In this document: piece by piece, positions 57,195 through 64,000 of the stretch
Layout: the number at the start of each line of letters is the position of its first letter
Position numbering within the stretch: position 1 is the first letter of the stretch
IMG/VR virus record: IMGVR_UViG_3300033141_006329
Coordinates: 159,371 to 223,370 of that record
Reading direction: 5' to 3' (one strand)
Length of the DNA: 64,000 nucleotides
Made by a program: the position numbers and the translations under genes
The notes under the pieces: generated by a model
The model's input: the letters and a program-made list of their open reading frames with translations, nothing else
What the model was told of the DNA's origin: nothing
Databases searched by the model: none

Positions 57195-58517
57195 TTATTT
57201 TTTATATCCTTTCAAATACTCCAATAAGTATTCCATGTTATTTAATTCAGGTTTATCTAAAACCAAATCCTCCAACTCTTTCTTTATCCTACCAACTTCT
57301 TTTCCTGGTTTTAACCCAAGTAATTCCATTATATCATTACCACTTATCTTCAATTTCATAAAGGATAGTTCTGCTTCCCTATTTAATTCCTTTCTATACT
57401 TCAACAGAAACCCTCTTATATCCCCGAATGAATAATGGTTCTTATTCAAGTTAGCAATCCTATCGGCTATTTTTATTTTTAACAGATCCCTGTAATCAAG
57501 ATTATGTTCATCGAGCTTTTTTAATAATCTCCTGATAGCTCTCGGTCCTGATTGCTTGATGCCCCTCATATGATATCTAACTAAATTAGTAACATATTTA
57601 ATCTCATTATTGGAAAAAGTAAGATTTTTTAATTCCTCCTTTAATATATCGCAACCCACATACTCATGCTGTATGAAAGACCTACCCTCAGGTGTATCCT
57701 GATAACATTCAGATTTCCCACAGTCGTGGACATATGCTGTAAGTTTTAATAATGGGTATTTGATTGATATACAATTGCCTGCCAACATATTATGAGTGAA
57801 TACATCTTCCTTATGATACTTTCCATGTTCCATATTAAAACAATTATTTAGAGCTGGAAAGATATGAGCTAACATGCCTAGCGCATAAAGAGACCTAAAG
57901 AAAATAGAAGCTTTTTTAATTTTCATAGCTTTCATTAACTCTTCTTTTATTCTCTCCTTTGCTATAAATTCAAAACTACTATTTGTAAATTTCTTCATAG
58001 CCATAAAAGTATAAGGATCAAATATTCCCTGTATTTTTGCTTGGAAACGACATGCTCTCACTATTCTATTTGTGTCCTCGAATATTCTTTTTTCTGGATC
58101 ACCAACTAATCTTATTATTCCTCTCTCTAAATCTTCTCTACCATTAAATAGATCTATTATCTTATCAGTTGATGGGTCTAACGCCATAGAATTTATAGTT
58201 AAATCTCTTCTTTCCAAATCCTCTTCTAATGTATCAGCATAGGTTATTTCAACATCTTTATCTCCGCCTCCAAAATACCTATCTTTTCTATAGGTAGCAA
58301 CTTCTATACCATCTATCATCATAACTTTAAAAGTTTCACCCACAGATTTTAGAGATCTATCAGAAAATATTTCTTTTATTTCATCTGGTTTGGCATTAGT
58401 AACAATATCGACATCATAGGATTTTATGCCTAATAATTTATCTCTGACATATCCCCCAACTATATATCGTTCAAACCCTTTATTTTTCAATCTGTCAAGA
58501 ATTAATTGCACTGACAT
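57195..58517 (-). CDS. cca: Class II CCA tRNA nucleotidyltransferase with HD domain
   Basis: VGGYVRD..DVDIVT, RRDLTINSM, ED..RI.RA.RF, H...HDCGK. Confidence 0.92.
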   Translation of the reverse strand: MSVQLILDRLKNKGFERYIVGGYVRDKLLGIKSYDVDIVTNAKPDEIKEIFSDRSLKSVGETFKVMMIDGIEVATYRKDRYFGGGDKDVEITYADTLEEDLERRDLTINSMALDPSTDKIIDLFNGREDLERGIIRLVGDPEKRIFEDTNRIVRACRFQAKIQGIFDPYTFMAMKKFTNSSFEFIAKERIKEELMKAMKIKKASIFFRSLYALGMLAHIFPALNNCFNMEHGKYHKEDVFTHNMLAGNCISIKYPLLKLTAYVHDCGKSECYQDTPEGRSFIQHEYVGCDILKEELKNLTFSNNEIKYVTNLVRYHMRGIKQSGPRAIRRLLKKLDEHNLDYRDLLKIKIADRIANLNKNHYSFGDIRGFLLKYRKELNREAELSFMKLKISGNDIMELLGLKPGKEVGRIKKELEDLVLDKPELNNMEYLLEYLKGYKK

Positions 58518-58518
58518 A

Positions 58519-58851
58519 TTATATCCTTCCACCTTTTAACCAACAATTATTCAATATCAGATCCACATCAATCGAAATATTGGCATTATCATTACTAAAA
58601 ATAAGCTTTTCAAATCGATCAAAATTAAGCATAACCTTATCTATAATATTTGCAAAAATTTTCAACATTTTATAATCATAACAACCTTCAAATCTCAAAA
58701 ATTTATATGGTTTGCCTAATGTTTGACAGCGAGTGCTTATACATAGTGTGTGATGAAAATTATAGAATATATTGATGTATATACACTCCTTAATTGGACC
58801 AAATCTTTTCAATACATTATGCGGATATATTGTCCAACCGTTCTCACACAT
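58519..58851 (-). CDS. Array family protein
   Basis: C-terminal ISIDVDLILNNCWLKGG. Confidence 0.65.
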   Translation of the reverse strand: MCENGWTIYPHNVLKRFGPIKECIYINIFYNFHHTLCISTRCQTLGKPYKFLRFEGCYDYKMLKIFANIIDKVMLNFDRFEKLIFSNDNANISIDVDLILNNCWLKGGRI

Positions 58852-59086
58852 TTTCAAAAAACACCGAGTTAAATGGCACAGTAGGAAATTCCTCAAGATA
58901 TATATTCGTATGCCAATTATGTACATCAATCATATTAACCGTATATACACCATTGTAAACCAAATGGTCCTTGGCTTTATCCTGATCATATTTATAACCA
59001 TTTTCGGGATATTTGAAAACAATCTTATCCCCCTTTTTCACTTCTAATTCTTTCACGATTATCTCCTTTATAACCTTAAAATTCAA
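58844..59086 (-). CDS. Hypothetical (SH3-like beta protein)
   Basis: KGDKIVF..GVYTV..YLEE..FNSVFF. Confidence 0.65.
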   Translation of the reverse strand: MNFKVIKEIIVKELEVKKGDKIVFKYPENGYKYDQDKAKDHLVYNGVYTVNMIDVHNWHTNIYLEEFPTVPFNSVFFENV

Positions 59087-59366
59087 ATCTTTGTTGCTTA
59101 AATTTCTTAAGCTCTTCCTGATTTTTCTTTATGCCTTTTATTATTTCTTTTATCTCATCGAGCTTGCGATATGCATGTTGTTTCATCTTTTCAGGATTTT
59201 CAAATTCTTCGGATTCATATACCTTCTGTCTAATACCCTTATCATTAGGAATTATGCAGGTCGGGAATCCACCATAGCTCTTTTCAGTCTCAATCTTATA
59301 TTTGCAGTAACCATGATCCGTCAAGGCATAATCAATAATGATATCAATATTAAAACTTTCAATCAT
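59076..59366 (-). CDS. Hypothetical protein
   Basis: Coupled ORF. Confidence 0.6.
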   Translation of the reverse strand: MIESFNIDIIIDYALTDHGYCKYKIETEKSYGGFPTCIIPNDKGIRQKVYESEEFENPEKMKQHAYRKLDEIKEIIKGIKKNQEELKKFKQQRFEF

Positions 59367-59402
59367 ATATTTATCCTCTAATCAATATTTTAATTATTTA
59401 CA

Positions 59403-59612
59403 TTATTTATAATCCTCATTATTAACAAATACCTCCTCATTATTAGTAGGTTCATCCCAAGGACAATTTTCACAATCGTCCCCAGTTTCCCAATTTTTAT
59501 CATTGATTTTGTTTGCTTTATCATTCCTCTGTATTAGATATATCTCATACAAACCAAAACAAAATAATCCTACAACTATTAAAAGTATAATCCAGCCTAA
59601 TATATTTGGCAT
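59403..59612 (-). CDS. Single-TM small protein
   Basis: N-terminal hydrophobic helix. Confidence 0.6.
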   Translation of the reverse strand: MPNILGWIILLIVVGLFCFGLYEIYLIQRNDKANKINDKNWETGDDCENCPWDEPTNNEEVFVNNEDYK

Positions 59613-59647
59613 ATTATATTCTCCTTTGTTAAAATTAATTCACCGTT

Positions 59648-59665
59648 AGGACATACTAAAGAAAA
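59648..59665 (+). promoter_or_regulatory. Variant late motif
   Basis: AGGACATACTAAAGAAAA, same as 21308-21325. Confidence 0.5.
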
Positions 59666-59675
59666 GGACCCAACT

Positions 59676-59840
59676 ATGAATGATGAATTAGTTATGAAAA
59701 TAAAAATGGCGAAATCTGAGATAGCCAGACTCAAAAGGGATCTGGCATATCACAAATGTAAAATAAAACTCACTGTAAAAGAACTTGAGGAAATTAAGGA
59801 AGAACTCCGACAACTTACGTCTGATCATTATGTGTATTGA
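59676..59840 (+). CDS. Small coiled-coil protein (54 aa, not in ORF track)
   Basis: MNDELVMKIKMAKSEIARLKR..; behind the variant motif; opposite strand to its neighbours. Confidence 0.5.
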   Translation: MNDELVMKIKMAKSEIARLKRDLAYHKCKIKLTVKELEEIKEELRQLTSDHYVY

Positions 59841-60009
59841 AATATTTCTCTGTTATTTTATCAAGACCAGCATTAGCAACCTCGATAACTTTCCTATTAT
59901 ATTTTAACTCTTTTGCTAACTTAAATACTTCCTTATGATATTCTATCATTTCTTTATCACAATGTTGTGATGTGTACTCTGCTTGTGCTATTACCTCATC
60001 GATTGTCAT
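59815..60009 (-). CDS. Hypothetical protein
   Basis: AAAGGAG RBS. Confidence 0.6.
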   Translation of the reverse strand: MTIDEVIAQAEYTSQHCDKEMIEYHKEVFKLAKELKYNRKVIEVANAGLDKITEKYFNTHNDQT

Positions 60010-60048
60010 AATATTTCTCCTTTCTAATTTATAAAAAAATTTAGGTTG

Positions 60049-60073
60049 AGAGGGGAGTTTGCAGCTCCCCTCT
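60049..60073 (-). terminator. Hairpin terminator
   Basis: AGAGGGGAG / CTCCCCTCT stem just after the stop at 60078. Confidence 0.6.
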
Positions 60074-60077
60074 AAAA

Positions 60078-60284
60078 TTAAATACGAAAAAATCCTGAAT
60101 ATTTAGCATCCTCCCAAATATGGATTTCTGCCCCAACTTTCTCTTCAAGCTTTTCTTTTAATAAGGTTTGAAGATGAAAGGGAGTTTTTGCAACAGGGGC
60201 TAACTTTTCAATAATTTCAACTGGCCCATCGGTAGGGTATCCTACTACAGTGTTTTTACATTGCGTTAATATCTCGTATAACAT
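60078..60284 (-). CDS. Hypothetical protein
   Basis: AGGAG RBS, behind a class-2 motif. Confidence 0.6.
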   Translation of the reverse strand: MLYEILTQCKNTVVGYPTDGPVEIIEKLAPVAKTPFHLQTLLKEKLEEKVGAEIHIWEDAKYSGFFRI

Positions 60285-60327
60285 TTTTTTAAATCTCCTA
60301 TAAAAGATTAATAAAAATTATCTCTGT

Positions 60328-60350
60328 TCATAATTTAATATATATAATAG
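60328..60350 (-). promoter_or_regulatory. Motif class 2
   Basis: CTATTATATATATTAAATTATGA. Confidence 0.5.
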
Positions 60351-60356
60351 AAATCA

Positions 60357-60689
60357 TTAATATACAAATCCCTTCTCATTGAAATCATCAAACAAATCAT
60401 AATCATTGATCGGTTTTATATAACTATTATTTTCAAAAATATCAAGTATATTCAGAGAGTCTTTAGAAAGTTCTTCTGTTAAATAATCTGTAATGATTAA
60501 GAGTTGTTTTTCGGTTATACCATCACAACACATAATATTTCTACTCGCATGAAACAAATATCCACTCCTCAACAAATTCAAATATATGCCTCTAAACAAT
60601 CTCCAATACGACATTCGATACGAAGTGATTACGATTGTCCAATCATCATTCCTCTGTACTCTTCTTTCCATATTATCCCTCTTCCTCAT
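60357..60689 (-). CDS. Array family protein
   Basis: C-terminal YDLFDDFNEKG. Confidence 0.65.
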   Translation of the reverse strand: MRKRDNMERRVQRNDDWTIVITSYRMSYWRLFRGIYLNLLRSGYLFHASRNIMCCDGITEKQLLIITDYLTEELSKDSLNILDIFENNSYIKPINDYDLFDDFNEKGFVY

Positions 60690-61063
60690 TCCAGACTAAC
60701 CCCTAAATTGAAAATATTATCAAACAACTCCTCGAAATGAATATCAACTGCCCTGTGTCCTGGCCCTATAATAAGAGAAATATCATCAACCCTTAAATAT
60801 TTTTCGTCTAACACGCCTTGTAGATAATCTTTGAATTTGGAAGACAATTCAACATTGTGGCTATTAAATACTAATGTGTATGAATCCTTTGAATTAAACC
60901 AGTTGCTGTCCACCGTATTAACAACAACACCGAACTCAAAAGATGTTCCCGTTACATTATCCCAAGGAGTATATTCCCACAGATTGATTTGCCTATTACA
61001 TATTGGATCGTTAAGTACTAACATGTTCACAATTTGTTTCCTTTTTGTTTTTACCCAATTCAT
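60686..61063 (-). CDS. Array family protein
   Basis: MNW; FEELFDNIFNLG. Confidence 0.7.
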   Translation of the reverse strand: MNWVKTKRKQIVNMLVLNDPICNRQINLWEYTPWDNVTGTSFEFGVVVNTVDSNWFNSKDSYTLVFNSHNVELSSKFKDYLQGVLDEKYLRVDDISLIIGPGHRAVDIHFEELFDNIFNLGVSLE

Positions 61064-61064
61064 G

Positions 61065-61445
61065 CTATACCTCCTTTCCTTTCCCAAATAAATTCTCTAT
61101 AATACTATCTGTAATGCCCTCAAAACTCTTTTCAATATGAATTTTCAAGTTATCAGGTGTAGCATCGGAGGGATCTGTAAATAATTTGTTGCACTCTTCG
61201 ATTATTATAGCTAAAAAACAAATGAATATCTCCCTGTTATATTTGTTTGGATCAAACTCATGATTAGAAAGTTGTATCATGGTCGGTTTGAATTGACCAC
61301 ATTCATCATGCGCCCAAATTATAAAACCCGAACTAACACCATGTATCAATGCATTTAAAAATGGGAGCTTACAACTCCAACTAGAATAACCATCTCTGTC
61401 AATTCTTTCCCAATTCCAATATAAAAATCGTTCAAGTTCAATCAT
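61065..61445 (-). CDS. Array family protein
   Basis: YWNW; TDSIIENLFGKG. Confidence 0.7.
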   Translation of the reverse strand: MIELERFLYWNWERIDRDGYSSWSCKLPFLNALIHGVSSGFIIWAHDECGQFKPTMIQLSNHEFDPNKYNREIFICFLAIIIEECNKLFTDPSDATPDNLKIHIEKSFEGITDSIIENLFGKGKEV

Positions 61446-61455
61446 AATTATGCCC

Positions 61456-61794
61456 TCAAATTGTTGTTCCAAAGTCTCCCAATAATATTTTGTCTGCTAT
61501 CTCATGACAATTATAGTTAAAATCATGACCAGGATATAATACTTTTCGAATTAAACCTTTCCTTTTATGCCTCTCGTTTAAAATGACCTTTAACTCTTCT
61601 GTAAATTTATCTATATGAGCAATATGGATAAAATACAAACCATCAAAAGATAGTTGTGCGTTTTTGTGTATATAAACTGTTACGCCATGATTATATTTAT
61701 CTTTTTGTATCACAATATCACCATAAGGTATATTTCCTTCATAACGACTACGAAAAGAGTTACTTTCGTCAAACCATTTAATATCTTCAATCAT
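61456..61794 (-). CDS. Array family protein
   Basis: IKW; HEIADKILLG. Confidence 0.65.
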   Translation of the reverse strand: MIEDIKWFDESNSFRSRYEGNIPYGDIVIQKDKYNHGVTVYIHKNAQLSFDGLYFIHIAHIDKFTEELKVILNERHKRKGLIRKVLYPGHDFNYNCHEIADKILLGDFGTTI

Positions 61795-62119
61795 AATCGT
61801 GTCCCTTGAAATTAAATATATCAAACATGTGTTCAAATGTCATATCATATCTAATATAATCATGTGTAAAAATTTTTGATATATTACCACCATACTCATA
61901 ATACACATCGAATAATCCTATAATATCAATGATTAATAATTTTTTAGAATTACTAATATTAAGCCGAATTGCCCGACGAGAATAAAATTCATTATAAAAT
62001 TCTATCTCGATCACATGTCTACAATTCCACACATCCAATTTACAATTTCCAACTCTGGTTTTATGACAAAACTTACCTATACCCAAATCAATTTTTTCCC
62101 ATCGTAATTCATCTCTCAT
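61787..62119 (-). CDS. Array family protein
   Basis: LRW; FEHMFDIFNFKG. Confidence 0.7.
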   Translation of the reverse strand: MRDELRWEKIDLGIGKFCHKTRVGNCKLDVWNCRHVIEIEFYNEFYSRRAIRLNISNSKKLLIIDIIGLFDVYYEYGGNISKIFTHDYIRYDMTFEHMFDIFNFKGHDYD

Positions 62120-62442
62120 AATCCAACTCCTTCACACCATATAGTATTTAAAATTTCGTCAGGTTCAAATTTATGATAACCTTGATGTATTATCTCTAAT
62201 ATGTTTGGGTGTTTCTCAACCTGTTGACTCAATATATTCCTAAGTTCGTGTATAAAAGTTTCAGGAATATTTTTTACACCCAAATCAAAATGCAGCATAG
62301 GATAAACACGACCAAATTTATAATCATCGGGTTCATATAAAACTACTTCCGTATCTCGTTTGAATATCCTCAAATATAAACCTCTTGCAATCGGTAATTT
62401 GGCATAATGGACATTAAACAAAACTGTCCATTTCAATTTCAT
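62116..62442 (-). CDS. Array family protein
   Basis: LKW; PDEILNTIWCEG. Confidence 0.7.
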   Translation of the reverse strand: MKLKWTVLFNVHYAKLPIARGLYLRIFKRDTEVVLYEPDDYKFGRVYPMLHFDLGVKNIPETFIHELRNILSQQVEKHPNILEIIHQGYHKFEPDEILNTIWCEGVGL

Positions 62443-62714
62443 GGTGGTGCGCCCCCTTCCTCAAATAAATCGAAAATCATATCATCAGGAAACCAATATT
62501 CAAATAATGCAACATTTAACTCGAATGAAACATGATCGTGTGTATGTCTTTCTGATGCTCTAAATATCCAATTCCCCCTAACTTCTGAAATTATATCCGA
62601 GTATTTCTTTTTGAATCCACAAATACTCAATGGGAGACATCGTACTCTACTCTCCAAAAATAAAAAACCACCAGCCAAATCCCCAACTATTAACAACTTT
62701 CGATAATTAATCAC
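62439..62714 (-). CDS. Array family protein
   Basis: C-terminal DDMIFDLFEEGG. Confidence 0.65.
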   Translation of the reverse strand: MINYRKLLIVGDLAGGFLFLESRVRCLPLSICGFKKKYSDIISEVRGNWIFRASERHTHDHVSFELNVALFEYWFPDDMIFDLFEEGGAPP

Positions 62715-63073
62715 AATATAATTCCTCCCCCAATCATAATTGCTAAATATTCCTCATCTGATAAAAGATAAATTAGCTTTACATCATGACATCCTGCGAA
62801 TGGTAGTAATGTCGCAATATTGCCCGTTTTTTCATAATTATCTTCTATCAATACTTTCAAGTAATCCCTAAATTTGATACTGGTTTTAGAAAATGTGATG
62901 TATGTAAACCCTGTAACATCTGCTCCGAAATGCCCACATTTCCATAGTTTTAGTGTAGTGTCCTCAAGTTGACCATAAAAATCAAGTTCAATTACATAAT
63001 CATTATCGTCGTAGAATGTAAGATATACAGATCCTGTCCTCTCATTGAAATAATCTTGCCTAATGTGCATCAT
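62711..63073 (-). CDS. Array family protein (paralog of 33116)
   Basis: TGSVYL..LDFY; DEEYLAIMIGGG. Confidence 0.7.
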   Translation of the reverse strand: MMHIRQDYFNERTGSVYLTFYDDNDYVIELDFYGQLEDTTLKLWKCGHFGADVTGFTYITFSKTSIKFRDYLKVLIEDNYEKTGNIATLLPFAGCHDVKLIYLLSDEEYLAIMIGGGIIL

Positions 63074-63444
63074 ATTATAACTCCCCCATATCCAATAACA
63101 TTTAAATATTCTTCATCTTCTAAATTCAAAGGATCTTCGGGTAAGGCAGGAATCATATAATCTATACAAGTCCCCTTCCTATATTCCTTATTTATTATCC
63201 TCACAAGTTCAAGGACAAGATTGGTCCCATAATCACCAACGAACCCATATATCTCTATACAACCCGGTATATCATTATCATCTTTAGTATTATATACAAA
63301 TATCATTATGTCGCCAGCTTCTGAATGCCATGTTACATCTATCTCGCAATCGTGTCTAGGTACCTTTCCTAAATACGTATATCCAGGTATCACAAAAAAT
63401 CTTTTCTCCCATTTTATAGGGAGAATTTTATCGTTATATCTCAA
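63070..63444 (-). CDS. Array family protein
   Basis: IKW; DEEYLNVIGYGG. Confidence 0.7.
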   Translation of the reverse strand: MRYNDKILPIKWEKRFFVIPGYTYLGKVPRHDCEIDVTWHSEAGDIMIFVYNTKDDNDIPGCIEIYGFVGDYGTNLVLELVRIINKEYRKGTCIDYMIPALPEDPLNLEDEEYLNVIGYGGVII

Positions 63445-63731
63445 ATTTCTTCTCCTCTATAATAGAAAATATCAAACAGCTTATTCATACTAAGTAGATA
63501 TTCAAGTGCTTTACCATACAACCCGTATATAAAAAGTTTTTTATCGTAGGGTTGTATATATTCTAATATCGTATGAATATTTACCCTATGCTTAAAAATC
63601 CCAATATCATCAAAATAGGAATAACTAATATTAACCATACCCCCAGGCTCTATATCTGCACTAACAACCGTAGCATTATGTTTCATAATATTGATCCTCC
63701 TTCTAAAAGAATATCTAAAGGTTCGACGCAA
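63441..63731 (-). CDS. Array family protein
   Basis: C-terminal MNKLFDIFYYRG. Confidence 0.65.
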   Translation of the reverse strand: MRRTFRYSFRRRINIMKHNATVVSADIEPGGMVNISYSYFDDIGIFKHRVNIHTILEYIQPYDKKLFIYGLYGKALEYLLSMNKLFDIFYYRGEEI

Positions 63732-64000
63732 CCATATAAATAATTCTTATCAATAACTAATTCCTTACCTTTATCATACAAATCATCAATTATTTTTGCA
63801 AGTTCATGAAATTGTTTCTTATCAATATTAAAACTATAGAATATATGACCATACCCTGTAGTTGCATCACTATCTAAAGTTCGTATTATGTAAAGGCTAG
63901 ATAATAAAGGATTAAAACTTATGCATACCCTATGACTACCATAATGTCGTATGTATTTAATATCGCCCCACCAATTAGGTTTAAATTCCCAATGACTCAT
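63683..64000 (-). CDS. Array family protein
   Basis: SHW; PLDILLEGG; ATG at the window edge. Confidence 0.6.
   Translation of the reverse strand: MSHWEFKPNWWGDIKYIRHYGSHRVCISFNPLLSSLYIIRTLDSDATTGYGHIFYSFNIDKKQFHELAKIIDDLYDKGKELVIDKNYLYGCVEPLDILLEGGSIL

Noticed and set aside
1-64000. Stop-codon reassignment
   Set aside because: Standard-code ORFs tile both strands densely and the core genes are full length.
1-64000. CRISPR array, tRNA or rRNA genes
   Set aside because: No regularly spaced repeat-spacer series and no cloverleaf in the short intergenic gaps; repeats seen are coding or promoter motifs.
23974-64000. Terminal G/GG of array proteins as a functional di-glycine (ubiquitin-like) signal
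   Set aside because: It coincides with the next gene's GGAG/GGGG RBS and is followed by a variable number of residues, so it is probably a by-product of translational coupling.

Overview
AT-rich, gene-dense segment of a large contractile-tailed (jumbo myovirus-like) phage genome with a bacterial host and the standard genetic code. It carries tail and baseplate genes: sheath, tube, PAAR tip, gp25- and gp6-like wedge, gp48-like cap, and a 1914-aa tape measure. It also carries an NAD-dependent DNA ligase, a LigD-type AEP, a CCA-adding enzyme, a DnaJ-like protein and host-like metabolic genes (gmhB, map, treT). Mobile content is one tnpB-only IS200/IS605 element and three homing-endonuclease-like genes plus a remnant. 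A 15-nt intergenic motif AGGACAAA(C/T)TNNAAA recurs upstream of structural genes and is a probable late promoter. The most striking feature is two minus-strand, translationally coupled arrays (about 24-35.4 kb and 58.5-64 kb). Together they hold about 40 divergent proteins of about 100-135 aa sharing a C-terminal tag, [DE]-x-L-[LIF]-x-x-[FIM]-x-x-x-G. A similar domain appears fused behind two internalin-like LRR proteins. No tRNA, rRNA or CRISPR array was found. All family calls are by-eye motif recognition; no database searches were run.
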